Shown here in pieces: positions 51,520 to 60,828 of a stretch of 64,000 nucleotides of DNA (position 1 is the stretch's first letter; each line of letters opens with the position of its first letter). The translations under genes and the position numbers were made by a program. Source of the stretch: Thermoplasmatota archaeon (lineage in GTDB: Archaea; Thermoplasmatota; Poseidoniia; MGIII; CG-Epi1). The notes beneath the pieces were generated by a model. That model was not told the DNA's origin. It saw only the letters and a list, made by a program, of their open reading frames with translations, and did no database searches. Location of the stretch: positions 2,125 through 66,124 of the forward strand of contig JAYYHK010000036.1 in assembly GCA_036148495.1 (NCBI GenBank), written 5' to 3'.

Positions 51520-51810
51520 TTATTCAATTGATTCCCATTCAACTGTATCTGGAGTAACAATTCCTTGATCGTTTAAGATTCCTCTAAAATTGTCTGGTGA
51601 AACGCCTGCAATCTCAGCACCTTTAGTTAATGTGGCCTTTCCTTTCTTATATATTTCGACTGCAGAAGCGTATCTAAGGTGATTCTTCTTTTCTATCATA
51701 AATCTAAGAGATTCTTTAACAACGTCTGACCTGCTACTGAAATGTCCAGAATCGACGAGCGCTTCTATCTGCATGACAAGTATCGGAGGTAGGGAATAGG
51801 AATTACTCAT
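51520..51810 (-). CDS. Small DNA-binding protein with a ribbon-helix-helix N-terminus and a UPF0175-like C-terminus
   Basis: ILVMQIEALVDSGHFSSRSDVVKESLRFMI resembles CopG, and LTKGAEIAGVSPDNFRGILNDQGI resembles UPF0175. It is divergent from the giant surface-protein gene. Confidence 0.55.
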   Translation of the reverse strand: MSNSYSLPPILVMQIEALVDSGHFSSRSDVVKESLRFMIEKKNHLRYASAVEIYKKGKATLTKGAEIAGVSPDNFRGILNDQGIVTPDTVEWESIE

Positions 51811-51890
51811 ATAATAACTATTATTAACTATTATTAATAATTATTCACTAAGCTTTATATGCTACTTTCTGGTGAAAATATTGATACGTT
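51811..51890. promoter_or_regulatory. Divergent promoter region carrying a CTATTATTAA direct repeat (x2) and a TTTATAT TATA box about 31-37 nt upstream of the giant-gene ATG
   Basis: Read directly: ATAATAACTATTATTAACTATTATTAATAATTATTCACTAAGCTTTATATG. Confidence 0.4.
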
Positions 51891-54800
51891 ATGAGCCTTA
51901 ACCTAAAAAATTGGTTTGCTAACACATTAGCGCTCGCGCTAATATGCTTTGGATTTCTCTTAATCACAGGGGTAGCTTCAGCAGATGCTTATGATCATAA
52001 AATGACTGTAAGTCCTAGCTCTCAATCCGGTGATCCAGAAGAACAATTACAATACACTATAACCATAGAAAATACAGGTGACAATGATGACACATATGAT
52101 ATGAGCGTAACTAACTCTACCATTCCTACAGGTTACACGGCATTCATTTTGCCATCTACCTTGTCAGTTGAGGAAGATGAGTCTGGAACTGCTACATTGT
52201 TCATTAAAATAGCCAACAGAACGACAAATACAGCAGAGGGTGGAGATACTGCTCAAATTAGTTTTAAGTCTAAATCTCAGAACAGCGACAGTGGAGGCAA
52301 AACTAAGACACAGACGGCATCCTTGACGGTCAATAATGTATACGGAACAACTTTGACACCAAGCGAAGGTGAAAAAACCGTTGATCCAAATGAAAATGTT
52401 AAGTTCATGGTCAGCGTTAAAAATTCAGGGGGCAATACAGAAGACAGTGTAACAATTTCTTTCACTGCAAATGGTGTAGATTCATGGGATATAACTCCTC
52501 AGCCATCAACATTAACCCTTGACATAAACGAAGTTGGCTTCTTCAATCTTTCAGTAACTCCAGATATCGAAGCTGTAGCTGGTCTGAAAAGTATTTCAAT
52601 TATCTCAACTTCAGAGGATGGTCAAACGGTTTCTTCAACATCTGTAACCGTTAAGGTTAATCAACTTCCTGCGCTTCAAGTAGATAAAGTCGATTCAAGT
52701 TCTAAAGACGTAGAGGCTGGAAAGCGTGTTTATTACTCCTTTGAGGTAACAAACAAGGGAAATGCAGTCGATACCTTCAATTTGGAAGTTGACACTTCAA
52801 GTTTACCAGTTGGTTGGGATGCTTCGCTTGATCAGGACAAGATAAGTAATCTAGGAGTTGACGATAATATCACTCTTACAGATGTACTGGTAGTCAAAGC
52901 CCCTGAGGATGCAGCTGCTGACGTAGAAACGCAAATTATAGTAACTATTTCTTCCGATTACAATGCATCTATCAATTCTACCTACACATCAAGAACAACA
53001 GTTCTTCAAAATTATGAGCCAAAATTAGCAATCCAAGGTGAAGATACCCAATCTGCAAAGCCAGAGGATCAAGTAAACTTTACAATCAAGATTACTAATG
53101 ATGGTAATGGTGAAGATGACATTTCATTATCTTTGATTGGAGGTAATGCAAGCTGGGGTCAGCTTGGAGATTCGGCTTTTACTCTTGCAGCAGGTGCAAA
53201 TGATACTACCACATTAAGAGTAACTCCTCCAAAAGGTACCGAGGCAAAGAATGGATATACCTTAATTGTTAAGGCTACATCCGAAGATGATTCTACAATA
53301 ACCACTAGGAACATATTCATTAATGTTCTTCAAATATATGAAGTTTCAGTTCAGGTTTCCGGTGAAAGCTCAAAGAAGGGAGATCCAGGTGATGAATTAA
53401 TTTTTGAAATGACGGTAAAGAACAAAGGTAATGGAGAAGACACGGTATCTCTGTCTTTAGAAGGAGCAAAAGCTTCTTGGGCATCCATCGTCGACGAAGT
53501 TGAACTGGCAAGTGGAGAAAGTAAAACAGTCAACTTAACTGTAAACATCGATGACGATGCAACAGTAGGAGATAACGATATTATTGTGAACGGTACCTCT
53601 GAAGATAATCCTTCGGCGTATGACACAGGAACAGTAAAAGTTTCAGTTAATAAGCAGTTCAAGGTAGATGTTGTAGTTTCTTCCAAAAGCGGAGATCCTG
53701 GCACTACTGTTGAATACGATGTTAGAATTCAAAATGAAGGCACCGGTAATGATACTTTTACAGTTAATGTAGATGATTATCCAGCAGGCTGGTCAGTAGA
53801 TCCTGTTTCTTTCCAAGTAGAAGATATTCCTGCAGGCGGTGAGAAATTAGTAAAGTTGAATGTCTCAATTCGATCAGGTGAAGATAACAAGGCTTTTACA
53901 ATCAACTTAACAGCTTCATCAGATGAAGCACAGAAAGAAAATCCTCCGAAATATGCTAATAAAACAGTCAGTATTATTACAATTGTAAATCAAGAATATT
54001 GGATTGACTTGTCTGTTGCCGATGCTGACAGAACAGTTGAAGCTACAGTAGGAGTTCCAGTATCTGTAAAGATAGATGTGAGTAACCTAGGGACTGGTGA
54101 CGATATAATTGCTATGACTAATACGCCTCCAGAGGGTTGGACAGGTGTTGACTTCAGCAACCCTTTCGTTAACGTGGCAGAGAATGGTCAAGAGGAAGTA
54201 ACTCTGACGATTACGGTTCCGGAAAGTACTTCGAAAGGAGATTATGAACTAGTTGTTAGAGGAGTTTCAGATTGTGACGGTTGTGAAAATGGTACTAAAT
54301 CAACAGATTCCATTACTTTAACAGTCAAAGTCGATTTAAGCAGGGGTGTTCAAATTAGTACTGATGTTACTGAAATTGAAAAGTTACCTGGTTCCACTGC
54401 ATCTTTCACAATAGACGTCAAAAATACTGGTGATGGATCTGATAATTTAATTGTTTCAATTCTTAATGATGATTTGGGCTGGGCTTCAGCCAACACCACA
54501 TCTCTCACCCTTGACAAAGATCAAACTGGTTCAGTTACTGTAAATGTAACGTTACCAGAGTACAATCTAGATAGCTTATCTAATCAAGAGAGAAATGCAC
54601 TACAAGCCAACAGCTATTCTATAACTGTGAAGGTTAAGTCCGGTGGTGATTTGGAAGTTAGCGATACAGCTTCACTTCAAGTAGATATAGGACAGATTTA
54701 CGGAGCCAGTGTAGAAATTGTAGGGAATTCGGTAATCACTTCCTACCCTTCAACTGAGACTCAAGCATCTGAGAGGACTGAAAAGTTTACGTTCAAGCTT

Positions 54801-57224
54801 ACAAACACGGGTAATGGCCAAGATACAGTAAACGCTGAGACAATTGCTACTACATATCCAGATGATTGGAATGTAGAACTTTTCCAAAATCCATCATGTT
54901 CAAGTTCTTTTTCAGGTTCAATAGGTGCAGGACAATCTAAGTATCTTTACCTGTGTGTAGAACCTGATCAAGATTCAGATATTGGAAATTACAGTGTTCT
55001 TACGGAGTTTTCACCTAATTCAGGAATTGATCCTGCGGTTCAGGTATCAGTAAATCTCGAAGTAGCTTCTCCGCGAAGAGAATTAGATGCTACAGCCATT
55101 GATAGTTCAAAAGAGATATATCCTGAATATGAAGGAAGTACAACTCAAAACAGTGTAAAATTCAAGGTCAAATTGGATAATACAGGTTCGAACGATGATA
55201 TTTTCATTCCAGAAGTTGAATCTACTCTAGAAGACGGCTGGACGGTAACTTTCTTCCAAGACAGTTCGAAAACACAGTCTTGGCCGAACTCTGGTGTTAC
55301 TATTGAAGAAGGAGAACTTGATGATTTATGGGTGTTTGTTTCCGTAAATGATGAAGCTGAAGTGGGTAATGAAACCATCAAAATTTCTGTAAGAAATGAA
55401 GAAGATGACCCTAATGCACGACAAGAGATTGATTTAGTGGTTATTATCCAAAGACCGGAAATAGTTGTTAAGCAGAGCAATATTCGAATCGAAATTGATG
55501 GAGTATTTGGTAATGCTTCAGAGGTTAAAGACGGAGATACTGTAGTTGTTTATGTTGATGTTGAAAACACTGGTACTGCAGATGCAGATGACGTTAACGT
55601 TGAAATTTACTATTATCCGAAAAAAGCACCAACAACTCAGCAGGAAATTGATGAATTGTTGATTGCAGGATTTGAATTTGATGATTCTAAAAATACTTAC
55701 ATTTACCAGTTGTACGGAAGTAATGGTAGATCAACTAACATTAAAGAAGGAAATTCAAAAGAGATTGTTTCAGATGATTGGTTAATTAAGGGCGGCGAAT
55801 GGTATGTGGAAGCCAGGGCTGATTACGATAAAAACAATGATAATGGCGAAATCCTAGAAGAAAATGAGAACAATAACGATGCAAGGTATTCAGAATTGTT
55901 GAGGGTGAAACCAGATTTACAGATCACTGCAATGCGTGTTGATAGTAAATATGCAGGCGATAACTCTGGAACTCCTAATGTGGACGACACTGTAACTTTT
56001 ACAGTTACTGTAACGAATGCTGGAGCAGCAGATGTCGACAACAGTCGTCTGTACATAACCGCTGACAGCAGCACAGACAACGTAGTATTGAGAGATCGTA
56101 CAAACCAGGAATATGTTTTGTTTGATTTAGATGCAGGTGAAACTCAAGAGGTTCGCTTCAGATGGAAGGCTACTCTTGAAGAATGGACTGCTTTTAGTGC
56201 TGAAGTAAACCCAGTTTGTGATGATTTCAATATTCCAGACTTCACTTGCGAATCCGATGGAGATGGCTTTTCTTCAGACACTGGCCGCATGTTCGACGAG
56301 CTCGGTAGATATTCTGATAATGTTTGGCCTAGAACTGGTGTTTTTGAACAAAGTGGTTCTCCAGTTGAATTTTCAGTGTTGCCAGACTTCAAAATTACAG
56401 ATGTAGATATGGATCCAACGAATCCACAAGTAGGCGAAAAAGTTGATATTACTGTAACTGTTAGAAATATCGGCAACGCAGACTGGCAAATATCAACTAA
56501 GCCACTTCAAGTGAAATTTGAAGATGGAGCAGGTACTGAGCTAACTCAACAAATAAGTGAATCAATCGATAAAGATGCCACAACAGAGGTAAGTTTCAGT
56601 TGGACAGTTCCTGACAAAGATAACAAGGATTTCTTGACTTTGAGCTGGACCATTGATGCAGGTACAGGAAGTTTTGAGATTCAACAATGTAATGATTGTG
56701 ACACTACCAATACTGGAGATGGAACAGATAATGACGAATTCATCATGGAAGATTTTGAGCTTCAACTTCAGGCAGTCCTTGGAGAGATTGAATTTATTAA
56801 CACTTTATCTGAAAGAGAATTAGTTAAAGGTGTACCTTTACTATTACCAATTTTATTCTTGGTAGGATTAGTCGCTTTAGCTATTCCAGTTGTTTTACTC
56901 CGCAGAAGGTCCGGAGGCTCAACAGCAGCAGATGATTCAGAAGAATCAAGCGATGAGGAAAGTTCTTCTGAAGAGCCAGTAGCAGCACCTCCATCTAAGA
57001 TTAGTGTGGCAATAGTGTCTACAATAGACGGTAAAACTGCAAATGTTAAAGTTCCTTCGAACATGCCAGTGAATAAACTGTTGCAAAACTGTGTAGGTAA
57101 ATTCCCATTACCTCATGCTAACTTTGCAGTAATGTTGAATGGTGTCGCTGTAGACAATAACTTAACATTAGCAGATGCTGGTTTGACAGATAAGTGTCAA
57201 GTAGATTTAGTACCACTAGAGTAA
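51891..57224 (+). CDS. Giant (1,777 aa) surface protein: signal peptide, about 13 CARDB/NEW3-like repeats, a C-terminal TM helix, and a cytoplasmic acidic Ser-rich linker followed by a ubiquitin-fold-like tail
   Basis: The signal peptide MSLNLKNWFANTLALALICFGFLLITGVASA is followed by 13 repeats at roughly 110-150-aa spacing of the motif h-x-V/I-x-N-x-G-x-x-x-D (ITIENTGDNDDT, VKNSGGNTED, VTNKGNAVDT, ITNDGNGEDD, VKNKGNGEDT, IQNEGTGNDT, VSNLGTGDDI, VKNTGDGSDN, LTNTGNGQDT, LDNTGSNDDI, VENTGTADAD, VTNAGAADVD, VRNIGNADWQ), often followed by P-x-GW. The TM helix is VPLLLPILFLVGLVALAIPVVLL, then RRRS. There are many N-x-S/T sequons. Confidence 0.9.
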   Translation: MSLNLKNWFANTLALALICFGFLLITGVASADAYDHKMTVSPSSQSGDPEEQLQYTITIENTGDNDDTYDMSVTNSTIPTGYTAFILPSTLSVEEDESGTATLFIKIANRTTNTAEGGDTAQISFKSKSQNSDSGGKTKTQTASLTVNNVYGTTLTPSEGEKTVDPNENVKFMVSVKNSGGNTEDSVTISFTANGVDSWDITPQPSTLTLDINEVGFFNLSVTPDIEAVAGLKSISIISTSEDGQTVSSTSVTVKVNQLPALQVDKVDSSSKDVEAGKRVYYSFEVTNKGNAVDTFNLEVDTSSLPVGWDASLDQDKISNLGVDDNITLTDVLVVKAPEDAAADVETQIIVTISSDYNASINSTYTSRTTVLQNYEPKLAIQGEDTQSAKPEDQVNFTIKITNDGNGEDDISLSLIGGNASWGQLGDSAFTLAAGANDTTTLRVTPPKGTEAKNGYTLIVKATSEDDSTITTRNIFINVLQIYEVSVQVSGESSKKGDPGDELIFEMTVKNKGNGEDTVSLSLEGAKASWASIVDEVELASGESKTVNLTVNIDDDATVGDNDIIVNGTSEDNPSAYDTGTVKVSVNKQFKVDVVVSSKSGDPGTTVEYDVRIQNEGTGNDTFTVNVDDYPAGWSVDPVSFQVEDIPAGGEKLVKLNVSIRSGEDNKAFTINLTASSDEAQKENPPKYANKTVSIITIVNQEYWIDLSVADADRTVEATVGVPVSVKIDVSNLGTGDDIIAMTNTPPEGWTGVDFSNPFVNVAENGQEEVTLTITVPESTSKGDYELVVRGVSDCDGCENGTKSTDSITLTVKVDLSRGVQISTDVTEIEKLPGSTASFTIDVKNTGDGSDNLIVSILNDDLGWASANTTSLTLDKDQTGSVTVNVTLPEYNLDSLSNQERNALQANSYSITVKVKSGGDLEVSDTASLQVDIGQIYGASVEIVGNSVITSYPSTETQASERTEKFTFKLTNTGNGQDTVNAETIATTYPDDWNVELFQNPSCSSSFSGSIGAGQSKYLYLCVEPDQDSDIGNYSVLTEFSPNSGIDPAVQVSVNLEVASPRRELDATAIDSSKEIYPEYEGSTTQNSVKFKVKLDNTGSNDDIFIPEVESTLEDGWTVTFFQDSSKTQSWPNSGVTIEEGELDDLWVFVSVNDEAEVGNETIKISVRNEEDDPNARQEIDLVVIIQRPEIVVKQSNIRIEIDGVFGNASEVKDGDTVVVYVDVENTGTADADDVNVEIYYYPKKAPTTQQEIDELLIAGFEFDDSKNTYIYQLYGSNGRSTNIKEGNSKEIVSDDWLIKGGEWYVEARADYDKNNDNGEILEENENNNDARYSELLRVKPDLQITAMRVDSKYAGDNSGTPNVDDTVTFTVTVTNAGAADVDNSRLYITADSSTDNVVLRDRTNQEYVLFDLDAGETQEVRFRWKATLEEWTAFSAEVNPVCDDFNIPDFTCESDGDGFSSDTGRMFDELGRYSDNVWPRTGVFEQSGSPVEFSVLPDFKITDVDMDPTNPQVGEKVDITVTVRNIGNADWQISTKPLQVKFEDGAGTELTQQISESIDKDATTEVSFSWTVPDKDNKDFLTLSWTIDAGTGSFEIQQCNDCDTTNTGDGTDNDEFIMEDFELQLQAVLGEIEFINTLSERELVKGVPLLLPILFLVGLVALAIPVVLLRRRSGGSTAADDSEESSDEESSSEEPVAAPPSKISVAIVSTIDGKTANVKVPSNMPVNKLLQNCVGKFPLPHANFAVMLNGVAVDNNLTLADAGLTDKCQVDLVPLE

Positions 57225-57233
57225 TCACAAGCA

Positions 57234-58412
57234 ATGCTTGATGTTTTAGTCGTTGGTGCTGGGCCGAGCGGTTCTAGAACCGCTTGGAATTTTGCCGAAG
57301 AAGGCTATAAGGTAACTTTGATAGATAGGGCTGAAATTATCGGCGAACCTTGTCAGTGTGCAGGTTTAATTACTCCCAGAACCTTTGAGTATTTAGGATA
57401 CCAGCGACCAATATTGCAAGAGATGGACGGTGCCAGACTATGGGGCCCCAAGGATTCATTTTTAGAATTCCAAGCCTCAGAAACTAAAGCCTTAGTTATA
57501 GACAGACCTGATTTGGATCGCTCCATAGCAGAAAAGGCATCAGAAGCAGGCGCCAATGTTCTTCACGGCCATACATATTTGGGACACGAAAAGATAGAGG
57601 GCGGAATTGAAGCCAGAATAAGAAATAAATCAGAAAAATTTAGTATTCAAACCAGGCTACTCGTTGGCGCAGATGGTCCATTATCCAGAGTAGCTAAAAA
57701 TGCAGGAATTAGTGGTAAAAGGGAGATATTGACTGCATTTGGTGCAGATGTTAAAGGATACAAAGGTAAAGATACTCATGTAGATCTTTTTGTTGGTTCA
57801 GAGCTTGCACCACGTTTTTTTGGTTGGGGAATACCCACAGGACCTAACGAAGGTCGTATAGGTATAGCAACAACTTTACCTCATAAGCCAATGCCTTTCT
57901 TTAGAGATTACTTTTTGAAGGGTGCACCATCCAAATTGCTCGGAGGCGCAAAAATTATCAATTTGATTAGTGGCTTGATTCCTTTTGGAGTTGCCAGTCC
58001 AAGTTACACTGACAATATTATTTTGACAGGCGATGCTGCGGGTATGGCAAAGCCAACATCAGGGGGTGGGATTTATTCAGGTTTAATTTCAGCAGATGCA
58101 GCTTTTGAAGTAGCTTCCAAGGCTTTGAATTCGGGTAATCTGAGTTCAGCCAACCTGAGCGAATATCAAGCACTCATAGTGAATAGAATAGGAGGAGAAT
58201 TAACTAAGGGTAGTTACTTGAGAAAAGCTTTCTTGAGTTTGAACGATAATCAATTGGCTGAAATCATATCAATCTTAGGTGAACCCAAAGTTAAAAAAGC
58301 TATAGAAAAAACGGGAGATTTAGATTATGCTTCTTTAGCTGCTTTTTCTGTACTTAAAACGCAACCAAAATTGATTAAATTTGCCCCTCATCTTTTGAAG
58401 CCATTTATTTAG
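57234..58412 (+). CDS. Geranylgeranyl reductase-family flavoprotein (second paralog), 9 nt downstream of the giant surface-protein gene
   Basis: MLDVLVVGAGPSGSRTAWNFAEEGYKVTLIDR...CAGLITP, 392 aa. Confidence 0.85.
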   Translation: MLDVLVVGAGPSGSRTAWNFAEEGYKVTLIDRAEIIGEPCQCAGLITPRTFEYLGYQRPILQEMDGARLWGPKDSFLEFQASETKALVIDRPDLDRSIAEKASEAGANVLHGHTYLGHEKIEGGIEARIRNKSEKFSIQTRLLVGADGPLSRVAKNAGISGKREILTAFGADVKGYKGKDTHVDLFVGSELAPRFFGWGIPTGPNEGRIGIATTLPHKPMPFFRDYFLKGAPSKLLGGAKIINLISGLIPFGVASPSYTDNIILTGDAAGMAKPTSGGGIYSGLISADAAFEVASKALNSGNLSSANLSEYQALIVNRIGGELTKGSYLRKAFLSLNDNQLAEIISILGEPKVKKAIEKTGDLDYASLAAFSVLKTQPKLIKFAPHLLKPFI

Positions 58413-59150
58413 TTCGGGATAGGTTTCTTCCTCTTCCAAATAGAAAACTACAGATAGTCCAGCAAATATAACAGTAAGAGAAATTAGTATGTAAAGAGGC
58501 CATTTTGGTATAGGTTTCTTTACTCCGAAAGAAGAGTCCGGAATTATTCCATCGACTTTTAATGAGTCGAGATTAATGTTTCCAGGGTAATTTTCAGATA
58601 GATTAGTAGTGGCGTTTGTCCATTCCTCCATACTCCAATATCCTCTGGACTGAAGCACTCTTTCCGTCGCATTAAATTGAAAATTCATTGAGAATCTAAC
58701 AAAGTATGTTCCTTCTTTAGTATCCTCATCAGTGTTTATGTCAAATTTAAGTCTCACAGTTTGGTTGACTTCGATATTTTCAATACTGAAGCTTGCACTT
58801 TCTGAATTCGGGCTATCTGAGCACTTTTCTTCCTCGTTCTTATATTTCCAGCAATTCTCAGAGATAGTGGGCCTTTTATCTGAATTAATGCTGCCCAAAC
58901 TCTCAGATTCATCAATATCAGCTCTGTGGTAAATTTCAGCAACAATCTGAACTCCAGTAAGATTTTCAATATACCTATTTTTAATATCAAGAGAAAAAAA
59001 TCCGCTTTCGCCTGGTTCTAACTGAGGTGTTGCGAAGTTGTGAAAATTAGGTATATTGCCAGGATGACTTGTATATTCATCAATTTCAGATTGAACTGCA
59101 GGTAGCATCATAATCATCAAGACAATGCCTAGAGCCTTTCTCATTACCAT
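58335..59150 (-). CDS. Secreted, C-terminally TM-anchored hypothetical surface protein
   Basis: The start is trimmed to MVMRKALGIVLMIMMLPAVQSE (signal peptide), because the longer ORF-track start overlaps the divergent gene. Multiple N-x-S/T sequons are present. The C-terminal TM helix is LYILISLTVIFAGLSVVFYL, followed by a charged tail. Confidence 0.5.
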   Translation of the reverse strand: MVMRKALGIVLMIMMLPAVQSEIDEYTSHPGNIPNFHNFATPQLEPGESGFFSLDIKNRYIENLTGVQIVAEIYHRADIDESESLGSINSDKRPTISENCWKYKNEEEKCSDSPNSESASFSIENIEVNQTVRLKFDINTDEDTKEGTYFVRFSMNFQFNATERVLQSRGYWSMEEWTNATTNLSENYPGNINLDSLKVDGIIPDSSFGVKKPIPKWPLYILISLTVIFAGLSVVFYLEEEETYPELNKWLQKMRGKFNQFWLRFKYRKSS

Positions 59151-59226
59151 GTCAGATAAGCATCCCTTTAAAACGAGTTTCACACTTCGGCAGATAGAAT
59201 TTATAAGGGATAGTCTTTGAGAAATC

Positions 59227-60828
59227 ATGAGAATAGCCAGAGTTCTAGTATTATCTTCAATTTTTTTTTTGGTTATCATCGGTTTTTTTGTTGTAAATGC
59301 GGATGCAATGCCCGTTTATGTTAAAGATTTTCAAGGAGAGACATTGACTTTAGATGTTGAGCCAAGTGATACTATTGAAAATGTAAAGGCTAAAATCCAA
59401 GACATTACTGGGACTTCTCCAGCTGATCAACGTTTGATTTTTGCTGGAAAAGAATTAGAAGACGGTAGAACTTTGTCCGACTATAATATTCAGACAGAAT
59501 CAACGTTACATCTTGTTTTGAATTATAATTTTACTTCAGGCTTGCATGTGGATGAAGGCCAAGATATACTTATAACTCATTCTCATATTTGGTTAGAGGG
59601 CGATTTTTTGATTGACGGAAATCTGTCCATCGAAAATTCACATATTAATGTAAATCGCTCCTTAGATATGACTATTTCTGAAATTAGAATAAATTCTACA
59701 GGAATTCTAAACATACATAATTGTACATTTTCCACAGTTAATGATGCGAATTTATCTTACAGTATGTACACTATAGTTTCTGATGCCGGTTCGCTCATTA
59801 TAACCGAATCAAATATAGAATATTCTATGATTTGGCTTGTCGGTGGTCAAGCTAGTATTTCAGATACTTCAATCAATGGCCAAAGTATAGTAAACTATGG
59901 AATATTTTCAGAAGATACAATTTTGAATTTAAGTAATGTCTCGATTTCAGGTTATAGTCTTGGCCTTCGTTCAATTGGTACTGTCCCGTTCCAAGAACAA
60001 GTAACATTTTTCAATTGTTCATCATGGATGACTCAAGAATGGTGGGTTAATTTCACCGCAATAGATACAACAACAGGATTACCAATTACCGGTTTTCAAA
60101 CTAGGCAGTGGGATGTAGATGGAACAATGATAGGTAGTTGGAACTGGGCCAAAGAATTTGAAATTAATTCAGATGGTATACGAATAGACCATACTTCAAA
60201 CTTCTCGGCATTCGCAAATTTTGGTTTTGCTCACGTTGATGACGAATGGTCTCAAGTCATAACCGAAAATACTGTACTTACACGCTATTTTAACCTTAAT
60301 TTATCCTCAATAGCTTATGAATCAGCAGAAGTTTATGCATCAGGGGAAGTGTGGGAGCCAGGTCAGAAAGTTCCTAAATGGTCAGAGATTAATGTGCTAG
60401 TTACAATTGCTAATCCTACTGATTATAATTTTTCAAATTTATTTCTGGATATGGATATTAATAATAACAAAGGTTTTGCCAGAGCTAGTTTGTCACTTTC
60501 CCCTAACAGTGAAACAATTGGTAACATTTCTTGGCAGGCCTCTTTAGAAGGCCCTTTGTCACTAAAGATTACTACTTTTCTAGAGCTAAGCTCATCAGCT
60601 AATCGGACGTTGTCAATGTCCAAATTCGTGGAAGTAGGCAGTAAAGATGTTGAAGAAAAAGAATCAGGAAATATGCTTGTTTTACTTGCAATTTCTATCA
60701 TTTTGGCTGCATGTTCCTTCATTATATATTCTGGCGTTGAAGAGGCGGATGAATTATCTGAAGAAGAAATAGCCTTAGCTTCAGGAAGTAACAAATCAAA
60801 TAAGATTGGCTCAGATGAAGAAGAGTGA
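59227..60828 (+). CDS. Secreted protein: signal peptide, eukaryote-like ubiquitin domain (no GG tail), right-handed parallel beta-helix-like region, C-terminal TM helix and acidic tail
   Basis: Residues 28-99 read [71 protein letters not shown], about 75% identical to eukaryotic ubiquitin. The downstream sequence is rich in I/N/S/G with beta-helix-like periodicity. The C-terminus is [22 protein letters not shown] followed by an EE-rich tail, and about 15 N-x-S/T sequons are present. Confidence 0.85.
   Translation: MRIARVLVLSSIFFLVIIGFFVVNADAMPVYVKDFQGETLTLDVEPSDTIENVKAKIQDITGTSPADQRLIFAGKELEDGRTLSDYNIQTESTLHLVLNYNFTSGLHVDEGQDILITHSHIWLEGDFLIDGNLSIENSHINVNRSLDMTISEIRINSTGILNIHNCTFSTVNDANLSYSMYTIVSDAGSLIITESNIEYSMIWLVGGQASISDTSINGQSIVNYGIFSEDTILNLSNVSISGYSLGLRSIGTVPFQEQVTFFNCSSWMTQEWWVNFTAIDTTTGLPITGFQTRQWDVDGTMIGSWNWAKEFEINSDGIRIDHTSNFSAFANFGFAHVDDEWSQVITENTVLTRYFNLNLSSIAYESAEVYASGEVWEPGQKVPKWSEINVLVTIANPTDYNFSNLFLDMDINNNKGFARASLSLSPNSETIGNISWQASLEGPLSLKITTFLELSSSANRTLSMSKFVEVGSKDVEEKESGNMLVLLAISIILAACSFIIYSGVEEADELSEEEIALASGSNKSNKIGSDEEE

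Noticed and set aside
53351-56476. Several 60-117-aa antisense or alternate-frame ORFs inside the giant gene and inside pckA, mdh, nrdJ, dnaK and the HEAT-repeat gene (e.g. 53351..53704-, 55145..55480-, 56144..56476-, 35678..36184-, 45308..45637+, 45806..46159+)
   Set aside because: They are shadow ORFs within well-supported genes, with low-complexity Ser/Thr/Leu-rich translations and no motifs.
51891-57224. Periodic repeats that might suggest a CRISPR or tandem DNA repeat
   Set aside because: The periodicity is at the protein-domain level (about 330-450 nt, divergent at the nucleotide level) inside one continuous ORF. There are no short identical direct repeats with spacers.
59151-59279. 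Longer N-terminus of the minus-strand secreted protein (start at 59279)
   Set aside because: It overlaps the divergent ubiquitin/beta-helix gene start. The internal MVMRKALGIVLMIMMLPAVQSE gives a proper signal peptide and frees a divergent promoter region with TTTAAAA/TTTATAA boxes.
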